In this document: piece by piece, positions 40,934 through 50,080 of the stretch
Numbering within the stretch: the first letter of the stretch is position 1
How the letters are laid out: each line of letters begins with the position of its first letter
Assembly: GCA_040263855.1 (NCBI GenBank)
Contig: JBDQJL010000003.1
Span: forward strand, 34,780-98,779
Length of the DNA: 64,000 bases
Direction of reading: 5' to 3'
DNA from: Luminiphilus sp.
GTDB taxonomy: Bacteria; Pseudomonadota; Gammaproteobacteria; Pseudomonadales; Halieaceae
The notes under the pieces: generated by a model
What the model was told of the DNA's origin: nothing
The model's input: only the letters and a program-made list of their open reading frames with translations
The model's database searches: none
Position numbers and translations under genes: made by a program

Positions 40934-42633
40934 CGGAATTTGACTACATTATTGTCGGGGCGGGCTCTGCCGGCTGTGTGTTGGCGCATCGACTTAGCGA
41001 GGATCCAGACTGCTCGGTCCTATTACTCGAAGCGGGTGCTGATGACCGGAGTCTGTTTATTCGCATGCCCACGGCCTTATCGATCCCCATGAATACGCCG
41101 CGTTTCAACTGGGGCTACTGGGGTCAGCCCGAGCCGCATCTTAATGGCCGTCGGATGGACTGTGCACGGGGTAAAGTACTGGGGGGGTCATCGGCTATTA
41201 ATGGCATGGTCTATGTGCGTGGTCACGCTAGCGACTTCGATCAGTGGGAGGCAGCGGGTGCCGCTGGGTGGAGCTATGCCGACTGCCTGCCTTATTTTCA
41301 ACGCGCGGAGCGTTGGATGGGTGGTGGTGATCGCTACCGCGGGGGCGCAGGCCCTATCGACACTTGCAACGGCAATAACATGCGAAATCCGCTGTACTCC
41401 GCGTTTGTCGCTGCGGGCGACGAAGCGGGATACGGCACCACCCCCGACTACAACGGTTTTCGTCAAGAAGGCTTTGGCCCCATGCACATGACCGTGCGCC
41501 GGGGTGAGCGGTGCTCAACCGATCTCGCATACCTCCAGCCAGTGCGCAAGCGATCTAACCTGACCTTGGTGACTCAGGCAGAAGTCGAGACGCTGACCTT
41601 AGATGATAAAACCGTCACCGGATTAACTTATCGTCATAAAGGCGTCCTTCGATCGATTCAAGCGCGGCGCGAGGTGCTTCTCTGTGCTGGTTCGATTGGA
41701 TCTCCAACAATACTGCAGCGGTCCGGTATCGGTCCCGCCGCAGTACTGTCCTCCGCAGGCGTCGCGTTGCAACACGAATTGCCCGGGGTGGGGGAAAACT
41801 TACAGGATCACTTAGAGGTGTATTTTCAATACCGATGCAAGGCGCCTATTACCGTCAACGGGCATCTCGCATGGTGGGCAAAGCTCCGTATTGGTGTGCA
41901 GTGGTTGCTGACTAAAACGGGCCTGGGTGCGACCAATCATTTTGAATCTTGCGGTTTTATTCGTTCCCGCGTCGGTTTGGCATGGCCTGATATTCAGTAC
42001 CACTTTTTACCTGCCGCCATTCGTTATGATGGTCGGGCTGCCTTCGCAGGTCATGGTTTTCAGGTGCATGTCGGGCCCAATCGACCCGAAAGCCGGGGCC
42101 ATGTTCGGATATCTGGGCCTAAGCCAGATGATGAGCCGCTGATTCTTTTCAACTATCTCGCAACAGATCAAGATCGCGCCGACTGGCGGGCTTGCTTGCG
42201 TTTAACGAGAGAGATTTTGCAACAACCTGCGTTGGATGCTTATCGCGCTGAAGAGATTCAACCCGCCGTTGATTTGTCAGATGATGCAGCAATCGATGCG
42301 TGGGTCAAAGACAACGTCGAGACGGCTTACCACCCCTCTTGCTCTTGTCGAATGGGCGCCATCGACGATCCGATGGCGGTGGTGGACCCGATGTGTCGGG
42401 TTCGCGGTGTAGCAGGATTACGGGTCGTTGACTCGTCGATTTTTCCGACGATTCCGAATGGCAACCTCAATGCACCCACCATCATGGTGGCCGAACGTGC
42501 GGCGGATCTGATTATGGGGAAAGAGCCGATGCGGCAAGAGGTTGACGTATGGCAAGACGCCGAGTGGGCGACGCGGCAACGCACGTGCGCGCCAGTGCGG
42601 TCGGTACCTATGGGTCCGGCGCCCTCTAACTAA
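40930..42633 (+). CDS. betA: Choline dehydrogenase (GMC oxidoreductase)
   Basis: [62 protein letters not shown]; GTG 40930 overlaps the MFS stop. Confidence 0.95.
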   Translation: MTEFDYIIVGAGSAGCVLAHRLSEDPDCSVLLLEAGADDRSLFIRMPTALSIPMNTPRFNWGYWGQPEPHLNGRRMDCARGKVLGGSSAINGMVYVRGHASDFDQWEAAGAAGWSYADCLPYFQRAERWMGGGDRYRGGAGPIDTCNGNNMRNPLYSAFVAAGDEAGYGTTPDYNGFRQEGFGPMHMTVRRGERCSTDLAYLQPVRKRSNLTLVTQAEVETLTLDDKTVTGLTYRHKGVLRSIQARREVLLCAGSIGSPTILQRSGIGPAAVLSSAGVALQHELPGVGENLQDHLEVYFQYRCKAPITVNGHLAWWAKLRIGVQWLLTKTGLGATNHFESCGFIRSRVGLAWPDIQYHFLPAAIRYDGRAAFAGHGFQVHVGPNRPESRGHVRISGPKPDDEPLILFNYLATDQDRADWRACLRLTREILQQPALDAYRAEEIQPAVDLSDDAAIDAWVKDNVETAYHPSCSCRMGAIDDPMAVVDPMCRVRGVAGLRVVDSSIFPTIPNGNLNAPTIMVAERAADLIMGKEPMRQEVDVWQDAEWATRQRTCAPVRSVPMGPAPSN

Positions 42634-42646
42634 CGGAGATCGGATA

Positions 42647-43777
42647 GTGAACGGGATTTTGTCGATTGCGATTGGCCTAACAACGCTCACATCGCTCTGG
42701 CTTGTAGTGCGTTATCGCTCAATGCGTCTTGAAGGTGTCGCCCCGGTCCCCCTGGTGACATTTCTGGCCATTTTATTCACCTCTGGACTTGATGTCGGCT
42801 TACTGATGTTTCCCATGGTGGATTTCGAGATTTTTGCCAGCGAGCCCGACTACGCTTTTGCGAATCCCTTGGCGCTTGAATTTGGATTCTGGGGTTTCCT
42901 GGTCTGGGGGTTTTATTTTCTCACCACCTTTTACTTTTGTGTCGTCGAGCCGAAATTGCAGCTGTTCGAAATTCCCGCAGTCAAGCTGGTCAATAACCTC
43001 ACCATCATCGGCACCTGCGCCTTTACGGGCTACCTGTTTTTACATTATCTGCCGGGATACATAGAAGGTATCTCGAATGGGGTGCGCTATACACTGGTGG
43101 CATTGACTGTGCTGGTGGCAGTGGTTTCCAGTACCCAGATCCGTTTTGTGAAGGCCCTGAGTCTGACCTCAAGTGGTCTGTTCTTTGCGCTGATTGTAGG
43201 ATCTTTTCTCGCGTCTGACATGGGCGCGCTAGGGCTTGCGGGAATGATGGGTCAGTTGAGCGAGTACTTCGTGCAGCTCCCGCAGTTTGTGTTTCCGATC
43301 AATGACTATCACGCCTTCTATCTCTTTTGGTGGTTCGCCTGGAGCATCATGATCGGACAGTTCGTGTCACGCTTTGTCAGTGGATTTACTGCCTGGCAAT
43401 TACTGCTGCTGTTGTTGATTGTGCCGTCGATCCCGATCGCCCTGTGGTTCTCAGTGTTGTACTGGTATTTCGCCAACGAGATCTCCATAGCGGGCCCGAT
43501 GAGCTGGGCGATGATGGGCGTGGGCATTCTCTTTGTTGTGAATTCTCTCGACTCTCTCACTAGGCTGTATACCCACAATATTGGTTTCACAGTGGAGGCA
43601 TTGGGCACCGGCCGGTATATCGCGGTAAATTGGGTGATCCTGCTGGCATTGGTGCTCGCTTTCCAGTTTACGCCCTTCAAAATCGAGTGGGTCGGTCTGA
43701 CGGTGGTGGGGATATACGCAACCATCTATGCGTTGCTCTTCAGACGTAGGCAGGCACTGCAATCACTATCGGTTTGA
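42647..43777 (+). CDS. Short (376 aa) divergent BCCT-family transporter, probably for choline
   Basis: ILFTSGLDVGL, EFGFWGF, FYLFWWFAWSIMIGQFVSRF aromatic BCCT signature; downstream of betA. Confidence 0.8.
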   Translation: MNGILSIAIGLTTLTSLWLVVRYRSMRLEGVAPVPLVTFLAILFTSGLDVGLLMFPMVDFEIFASEPDYAFANPLALEFGFWGFLVWGFYFLTTFYFCVVEPKLQLFEIPAVKLVNNLTIIGTCAFTGYLFLHYLPGYIEGISNGVRYTLVALTVLVAVVSSTQIRFVKALSLTSSGLFFALIVGSFLASDMGALGLAGMMGQLSEYFVQLPQFVFPINDYHAFYLFWWFAWSIMIGQFVSRFVSGFTAWQLLLLLLIVPSIPIALWFSVLYWYFANEISIAGPMSWAMMGVGILFVVNSLDSLTRLYTHNIGFTVEALGTGRYIAVNWVILLALVLAFQFTPFKIEWVGLTVVGIYATIYALLFRRRQALQSLSV

Positions 43778-45040
43778 TGCTCCAAGGTTTGATAGCGCTT
43801 GATAAGTGGCAACCTTGAGATCAAAGCGTAGGCGGTCACTATACGGAGCACCCATGACCTGTGTCATCAATATCACGACCAGATCTTCTTCTGGATCGAC
43901 CCAGAATTTAGTATTGGCGATGCCACCCCAGGAATACTCGCCTTTGGACGAGATCACTTGGGATTGGGCAGGGTCGGTGATCACACCGAACCCGAGACCA
44001 AAGGATTGCCCCGGATAAAGATGGGAGGCAGGGTATTCCGTTGCGCCATTGTCCCTGATCTCGGGTGTCAGGCGTGCCATGGTCATCGCTTTTAGCGTCT
44101 TTGGGCCAAGGATGCGAACGCCATCCAGATGGCCGCCGCGGCGCAGCATCTCGCAAAAGCGCCAGTAGTCTCTGGCAGTTGATATCAGCCCACCACCACC
44201 CGAAAAAAGGGTCACGCCAGAGGGTGGCGGTATCAGTCCGTCAGGCATGGGTACGACTTGCTGGCTTTTGGCATCCCAGAGATGATTGCGGGCTAAACGG
44301 TCGGATTTTTCTGCCGGCACATTGAAATAGGTATCGCGCATACCAAGGGGCTCAAAAATCCGATCGTGAAAAAACTGCTCCAGCGTTTGGCCACTGAGTC
44401 GCTCTACCAGCGCACCCAATACATCTGTGGCAACGCTGTAGTGATAGCGTGTGCCCGGTTCAAAACGAAGCGGGAGGTTGCCAAGGGTTCTGATGAAGGC
44501 GTCCAGATCGGGGCTTCTTTCAAGAGCGGCATCTCGATAAGCCAGCTCCACGGGATGCTCGACGTGCCAGCCATTGGTGAGTCCGGCGGTGTGGGTCATC
44601 AATTGTTCGATGGTCATCGCATTTTTGGGTGCCACCCGCTGTTCGTCGATCAACAGTGACATCTCCGCTAGCTCGGGCAAGTACTTGGCGACGGGCTCGG
44701 CGAGATGAAAGGCGCCCTCTTCGTAAAGGATCATTGCCGCAACCGTCGTGATCGGCTTGGTCATGGAGAAGATACGAAATAGGGCGTTTGTGTCGAGAGG
44801 GCGGTCGTCGTCTAGCCCATAACGGCCCGCAGATTCGAAGTGCACGAGCTGCCCGTGTCGGGCGATGAGTGTGACGGCACCGGCTAGTCTGCCCTCTGTG
44901 ACCTCGCGGTCGACGAACTCAGAGACTCTGGTGAGTCGGGCGCTAGAAAAGCCGACTGCCTCGGGATCGAGGTTGCCAAGCTCTGCCGACTGTATTGGCG
45001 GGACGAGCAGCAACAGGAACAACAACACAGTGATTTTCAT
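43766..45040 (-). CDS. Serine hydrolase, beta-lactamase (class C/EstB) family, exported
   Basis: FSMTKP (SxxK), LMTHTAG, YHYS, GGGGLIST, WGG; signal peptide. Confidence 0.92.
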   Translation of the reverse strand: MKITVLLFLLLLVPPIQSAELGNLDPEAVGFSSARLTRVSEFVDREVTEGRLAGAVTLIARHGQLVHFESAGRYGLDDDRPLDTNALFRIFSMTKPITTVAAMILYEEGAFHLAEPVAKYLPELAEMSLLIDEQRVAPKNAMTIEQLMTHTAGLTNGWHVEHPVELAYRDAALERSPDLDAFIRTLGNLPLRFEPGTRYHYSVATDVLGALVERLSGQTLEQFFHDRIFEPLGMRDTYFNVPAEKSDRLARNHLWDAKSQQVVPMPDGLIPPPSGVTLFSGGGGLISTARDYWRFCEMLRRGGHLDGVRILGPKTLKAMTMARLTPEIRDNGATEYPASHLYPGQSFGLGFGVITDPAQSQVISSKGEYSWGGIANTKFWVDPEEDLVVILMTQVMGAPYSDRLRFDLKVATYQALSNLGASNR

Positions 45041-45138
45041 AGGCTTAAAGTAACAGAGAGTGGCCGATAGCGGCGACATCGTGTGGCGATCGGCTCGGCC
45101 AAGTCAATACGCTCTCAGGGCCTAGATGGTGTGGTCGT

Positions 45139-45939
45139 TCAACTGCCGGCTCGGTATATGGAGCGCTGCGATTCAAAGTGGGTGTTCTCTCGGTAGTCGG
45201 CCTTGCGATAAGAGAAGTAGGCCATGCTGCGTCGGCGTGTCGAGTCGTTACCCAGCCCGCGGTGCAATATGCGATCGTCGAACACGAGGCATGAGCCTGC
45301 GCTTAGCGGGAATGACATTCGCTCCGGCACGTCCTCCTTGGTGCCTGCCACCAGCAGCTCTGGGCGCGTTGTCTCGTGCTGGTAAACCAGCTCGTCGCTC
45401 ACGAGCGATGGATTGCAGAGGTGGTTAGTCAGGCGGTGCGAACCGCTCGCAAGCTCTGTGGGGCCCATTGCCAGCGTAATGTCGTGCAGTGCGACCATGA
45501 CGTTAAGTGCATGGGGCATCTGATGTTCGGCGGTCACGTGGGGCGAGTCGATATGCCAGAACTGGGCTGGACTGCCGGGGTCCGAGTACACCACGCCACT
45601 GAAAGCATGTTCGGCATCAGCGCCCAGCGTGTCGGTGATCAGCGGCCACCAAGGCAGCGACTGGTCTTCGACACCGAACTCGGTTGGCGAAACGGGAATG
45701 TCCCAGCGGCCGGGGGATCGCTGCACGATTTCGAGATATCCAGCCGCGCTGCCGATGCCGATAGTCTGCTCTCCCAGCGCTTGGGTTACTGCGCGACTGC
45801 GCGCTAGTGACAGGTCGAGCAGACGCGTGATGAGCACGGTGTCGCACATCCCCTCCAACAGGGCGAAGCCGTCATCGGCCAGTCGCAGCTTCGCCTCATC
45901 CAGTGCCGAGCCGATACCCTGCGAGCCGCGGTCGTTCAT
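45139..45939 (-). CDS. Phytanoyl-CoA dioxygenase (PhyH) family Fe(II)/2OG oxygenase
   Basis: QFWHIDSPH (HxD), GPTELASGSH, FDDRILHRG..N...RR; start trimmed downstream of the 9-bp repeat. Confidence 0.85.
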   Translation of the reverse strand: MNDRGSQGIGSALDEAKLRLADDGFALLEGMCDTVLITRLLDLSLARSRAVTQALGEQTIGIGSAAGYLEIVQRSPGRWDIPVSPTEFGVEDQSLPWWPLITDTLGADAEHAFSGVVYSDPGSPAQFWHIDSPHVTAEHQMPHALNVMVALHDITLAMGPTELASGSHRLTNHLCNPSLVSDELVYQHETTRPELLVAGTKEDVPERMSFPLSAGSCLVFDDRILHRGLGNDSTRRRSMAYFSYRKADYRENTHFESQRSIYRAGS

Positions 45940-45983
45940 GCGCGTACCATCCAATCCCGTTGGTAGGGCGTCAGAGTGGCGGT

Positions 45984-46031
45984 GTTGCATGAGTTGCATG
46001 AGCTGCATGAGTTGCATGAGTTGCATGAGTT
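45984..46031. repeat. 9-bp tandem repeat, 5.3 copies
   Basis: GTTGCATGA x5 (third copy GCTGCATGA) plus GTT. Confidence 0.95.
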
Positions 46032-46213
46032 AGATGGGCCGTTGCACGGGTCACCGCCGGTTGGCTGGCCCGTGACGCGACGGCGGCCTACAGGCAGCAG
46101 AGATCTAGCCAATCGGGGCGCGGTAAAGGGCACTGTGATGGCTGCCTGCCTGCTTTCCCAACGCCTTGTGCGCATCGTTCTCGCCTTTTGTTCCGTCATG
46201 GTCCCCTGCGATC

Positions 46214-47572
46214 TTAGTGCAGGCGCACGTCCTGTCGTTTCAGCTCCGCTTGTACCTGCCCGATATCCAACTCGTTGAATCCGTGGCCGTGCTTCACCGC
46301 AATCGCGGCTGCAACGCCAGCACCTTGCCCCGTCACCGTGCAGCACATCATGTTGCGAGTTGCCGCATGACTGACGCGGTCACCCCCGGTAATGCGGCCC
46401 GCACAAATCAAGTGCTTGATGCCTTGGGGTAGCAATGTGCGATAGGGTACCTGAAAGTATCGACCGGTCGTTGGCAGGATAAGAATGCCGTAGCCATCGA
46501 TAAATTCGGGGAAAATGCCAATGCTGTCTTCGAAGCGCCCCTGATCTCGGACATCGGATTCCCTCATGTTGTAGGCCGCATCGATTTTCCGCGTGTCGCG
46601 AATCCCAAGCGTCATCCCAAAGTTACGTAATTTGGCGCCTTCACAACCGGGCGTGTAGCGTTTGAGCGCGTTGATAGCCATCATCGCTTGTTTGCGACCT
46701 TCTATTTCGCCGCGGGTTAAATCAGCTGGGTCGGTGCCATCGTAGCCGAGTAGGTGCACTAGATTGAGGTAAGTCAGATCACCACTGTCATAGAGTGCAC
46801 CCCAGGTGCCCGCAATGGTGTCAAGATCCTTGGGTATTAAACCCGCCTCCCTTGCTTGTTCAAAGGGTTTACGCAGAAAGGGCGAAAACATCTCGTCTTC
46901 TTTTCCCGTGGTCTCGACCGACCACTGCCCATATTCCCAATCGCGATAGGTTTGCGGGTCACTTTTCACGTGATCAATAAATCGTGTTTTGTTCACCCCG
47001 GACATTGAGAACATCACCGATGCGCCAATCATCTCTTCTTTGGGTTGTTTAATAGTTGTCGCGCCAGCGCGATAGGCCACGTCGGCATCACCGGTGGCAT
47101 CGATCACTCGTTTGGCGAGGATCGCTTCGCGGCCCGCTTTACTCTCAACGATGACGCCCTTGATGGTGTCACCTTCCATTATCGGCGCGACAAATAAACG
47201 GTGTAGCATGGGTGTAATACCCGCTTCCTCGACCAGGGTATCCGCAACCCATTTAAAGGCCTCACCATCAATCGCATGACTGTCTGATTGCGGCTCTTTG
47301 ACGGCGGCCCCCATCTCGCGAGCTCGCTGCTCAAACTCAATGCCAACGCCTTCGGTATCGACGGTTTGCTCATGCCGGTACCAAGCGAAGCCCTCTACGC
47401 CTACGGCGGTGATGTTGCCGCCAAAGCAGCCGAACCGTTCAAGTAGGGTCACGGCTGCACCGGCGCGCGCAGCACCCAGTGCGGCCGCTAGTCCGCCCGG
47501 CCCAGAGCCTACAACGAGCACTTCGGTTTCATGAATAACGCTGACTGATCGTGCGGGTTCTTCTATCAACAT
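46214..47572 (-). CDS. FAD-dependent oxidoreductase (FAD_oxidored/PF12831-like)
   Basis: VLVVGSGPGGLAAA, ERFGCFGG, IDATGDAD, GIRDTRKI, VPYRTL, AGR; start trimmed to MLIEEP. Confidence 0.88.
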   Translation of the reverse strand: MLIEEPARSVSVIHETEVLVVGSGPGGLAAALGAARAGAAVTLLERFGCFGGNITAVGVEGFAWYRHEQTVDTEGVGIEFEQRAREMGAAVKEPQSDSHAIDGEAFKWVADTLVEEAGITPMLHRLFVAPIMEGDTIKGVIVESKAGREAILAKRVIDATGDADVAYRAGATTIKQPKEEMIGASVMFSMSGVNKTRFIDHVKSDPQTYRDWEYGQWSVETTGKEDEMFSPFLRKPFEQAREAGLIPKDLDTIAGTWGALYDSGDLTYLNLVHLLGYDGTDPADLTRGEIEGRKQAMMAINALKRYTPGCEGAKLRNFGMTLGIRDTRKIDAAYNMRESDVRDQGRFEDSIGIFPEFIDGYGILILPTTGRYFQVPYRTLLPQGIKHLICAGRITGGDRVSHAATRNMMCCTVTGQGAGVAAAIAVKHGHGFNELDIGQVQAELKRQDVRLH

Positions 47573-47894
47573 AATAGTGATCTGTTGTTGGTCAAAGGTT
47601 GTCGGTGGGATCCTCACGAAATGTAGACGATTTCTCGCAGGGAGTCGATTGGGTGAAAAAAAGGGCGATTGGATGAGCGACGACTGGGTGAGATGGTTCA
47701 CTGCGCAGAGGCCTTGGCAGCTCACTGCTGCTAGAGGGGAGCCAGCGTGACGTCCACGACGACTCGGTGATGAGCGGTGCATCTTGTGACACAATCTCAT
47801 GCTGAATGCGGCTAGGCTGCGCAGCGCCACACGAAGTCGGTTGTCCTGTGTTTATCAGGGTAGCGTGTTTATTGATGGGTACGGGTTGCTTGAA

Positions 47895-48006
47895 TGAAGA
47901 GTGCCTTGGGTGAAGAGTGCCTTGGGTGAAGAGTGCCTTGGGTGAAGAGTGCCTTGGGTGAAGAGTGCCTTGAGTGAAGAATCTTGTGGGTGAAGAGTGC
48001 CTTGGG
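47895..48006. repeat. 16-bp tandem repeat, 7 copies (VNTR)
   Basis: TGAAGAGTGCCTTGGG x7; copy 5 has one change and copy 6 is degenerate (TGAAGAATCTTGTGGG); no spacers. Confidence 0.97.
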
Positions 48007-48021
48007 TGAGGTGAGAGAGTA

Positions 48022-49941
48022 GTGAGTGACGCAATCGATAAAACCGGCAACCTCAGTGAGGCGATGAAGCATGCCGAGCAATTGCTTGATCGCGATCTGG
48101 AGCAGGCGGCGAGTCAATTAGAAGAAATCCTGATGGTGGTGCCAGATCATGCGCCAGCGCACTTTCTACAGGCGGTGGTATTGGGGCAGCAGCAGCAGGG
48201 TGAGCGGGCGATTCAGATTTTAGAGAAAGTCGTTGCGCTAGACCCCAACCATCCGGAGGCTTGGCGCCTACTTGCGGACCACCGCTATGCGATTGGCGAT
48301 AAGGCGGCGAGCGAAAGTGCCTATCTGCGACATTTGCAGTGCTCGACGGGTAATCCCAATCTGCAACAAGCCGCTGCAGCAATGATCGCGAACGAGCTGC
48401 CAACGGCAGAGCGGATTCTAAAATCCCACCTTAAAAAAGCGTCCACGGATGTTGCCGCTATTCGCATGCTGGCTGAGGTAGCGGTGAGAGTGGGTCGAAA
48501 CGAAGAAGCGCAGGCGCTATTAGAGTATTGCTTAGAGTTGACGCCGGGTTTTTCGGGCGCGCGCTATAACTTGGCAGTGTTGTTGCACCGAACGAACAAG
48601 TCAGATGACGCGTTACGTGAAGTGGATCAGTTGTTAGCTGAGGAGCCCGATCGTCCGGGATACCGCAATTTGGCGGCGGTTGTGTGCAGCCGTATCGGAG
48701 AATACGAACGCTCAAGCCAGCTTTATCAGGCCCTATTAGATGAGTATCCTCAGAATGCGAAAGTCTGGTTGAGTTATGCGCATGTCTTGAAAACAGAGGG
48801 GAAACGTGAGGCCTGCGAGGCCGCTTATCGGGGCGCTATTGATCGAGACGAGCGTTTTGGTGAGGCTTACTGGAGCTTGGCTAACCTGAAAACTTTCCGC
48901 TTTTCTGAGCAGGATATCGTGAACATGAATCGCCAGGTTGCACGCGAGGATCTTGAGCTCAGTAGCCGCGTACAATTTTACTTTGCCTTGGGTAAGGCCG
49001 CTGAGGATACGGGCGACTATACGTTGTCATTCGATCACTATGATAAAGGCAATGCGCTGCATCGCTCGACGCTGAATTATCAGCATGCTCAGAATAACCG
49101 TCGCGTTAACCGAATGAAGACACAGTTTACGGCGTCTTTTTTTAGTCAGCGGGCCGGAATGGGGTGCCCAGATGACAGTCCTATTTTTATTGTAGGTATG
49201 CCGAGAGCTGGATCGACGTTGCTAGAGCAGATTTTGGCCAGCCACTCACAGGTAGAGGGCACCACCGAATTACCAGACATCATTACCCTGGCAAAAGAAC
49301 TGCGCGCACAAGCCAATGAAGATGAGATGGGCGCTTACGATGGCGTTTTGGCGAGAATGAATGCCCAAGAACTGCACGATGTCGGCAGCACTTATCTCGA
49401 ACGCACCCGCATTCATCGCAAGACGCAGAGCCAGTATTTTATCGATAAGATGCCCAATAATTTTTTACATATTGGCTTAATACAGGCGTGTTTACCCAAT
49501 GCCAAAATCATTGACGCGCGTCGGCATCCACTCGGTTGCTGCTTTTCTAACTTTAAGCAGTACTTCGCAAGAGGCCAGAGCTTTAGTTATTCCTTAACCG
49601 ATGTCGGGCACTTTTATCGAGATTATGTCGAATTAATGGACCACTATGACGCGGTGCTGCCTGGTCGCGTGCATCGCGTCATCTATGAGCGGTTGGTGAA
49701 TGATGTTGAGGCAGAGATCCGCTCAGTGCTCGACTACTGTGGGTTGCCTTTTGAAGAGGGCTGCCTGCGTTTCTTTGAGAACAAGCGCCCCGTACGGACA
49801 GCCAGCTCGGAGCAAGTGCGACAGCCGATTTACCAAGATGGGGTCGAACAGTGGCGCGCTTTTGAGCCTCATCTAACCCCCTTAAAGGAAACCTTGGGAG
49901 ATGTACTGACTGCGTACCCCTCGGCGCCACAATTTCCGTAA
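48022..49941 (+). CDS. TPR-repeat-containing sulfotransferase
   Basis: N-terminal TPR helices; PIFIVGMPRAGSTLLEQILASH (PAPS 5'-phosphosulfate loop), FIDKMPNNF, RTASSEQVRQPI. Confidence 0.92.
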   Translation: MSDAIDKTGNLSEAMKHAEQLLDRDLEQAASQLEEILMVVPDHAPAHFLQAVVLGQQQQGERAIQILEKVVALDPNHPEAWRLLADHRYAIGDKAASESAYLRHLQCSTGNPNLQQAAAAMIANELPTAERILKSHLKKASTDVAAIRMLAEVAVRVGRNEEAQALLEYCLELTPGFSGARYNLAVLLHRTNKSDDALREVDQLLAEEPDRPGYRNLAAVVCSRIGEYERSSQLYQALLDEYPQNAKVWLSYAHVLKTEGKREACEAAYRGAIDRDERFGEAYWSLANLKTFRFSEQDIVNMNRQVAREDLELSSRVQFYFALGKAAEDTGDYTLSFDHYDKGNALHRSTLNYQHAQNNRRVNRMKTQFTASFFSQRAGMGCPDDSPIFIVGMPRAGSTLLEQILASHSQVEGTTELPDIITLAKELRAQANEDEMGAYDGVLARMNAQELHDVGSTYLERTRIHRKTQSQYFIDKMPNNFLHIGLIQACLPNAKIIDARRHPLGCCFSNFKQYFARGQSFSYSLTDVGHFYRDYVELMDHYDAVLPGRVHRVIYERLVNDVEAEIRSVLDYCGLPFEEGCLRFFENKRPVRTASSEQVRQPIYQDGVEQWRAFEPHLTPLKETLGDVLTAYPSAPQFP

Positions 49942-50080
49942 CCGCCACCTCTGGGCACCGTGTATTCTCGCTAGCAAATAGCGGTGAAAAAGGGTAGTTT
50001 ACGTGCACGGCATTACGCCTCGGTTTATCGAGGCCGCCGTTTTAAAACAACGCCAATATAATTACTGGAGTCGAGTCATT

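Noticed and set aside
45976-46278. His-rich ORF (HELHELHEL) on the plus strand
   Set aside because: Artefact of the 9-bp tandem repeat; the remainder has no protein-like features and lies antisense to the minus-strand gene run
47895-48006. Possible CRISPR array
   Set aside because: Units are contiguous 16-mers with no unique spacers, and there are no cas genes in the window
47592-48117. ORFs with PRHSS/QGTLH repeats and the long N-terminal extension of the FAD oxidoreductase
   Set aside because: These are translations of the 16-bp VNTR and intergenic DNA; the recognisable domain starts at 47572
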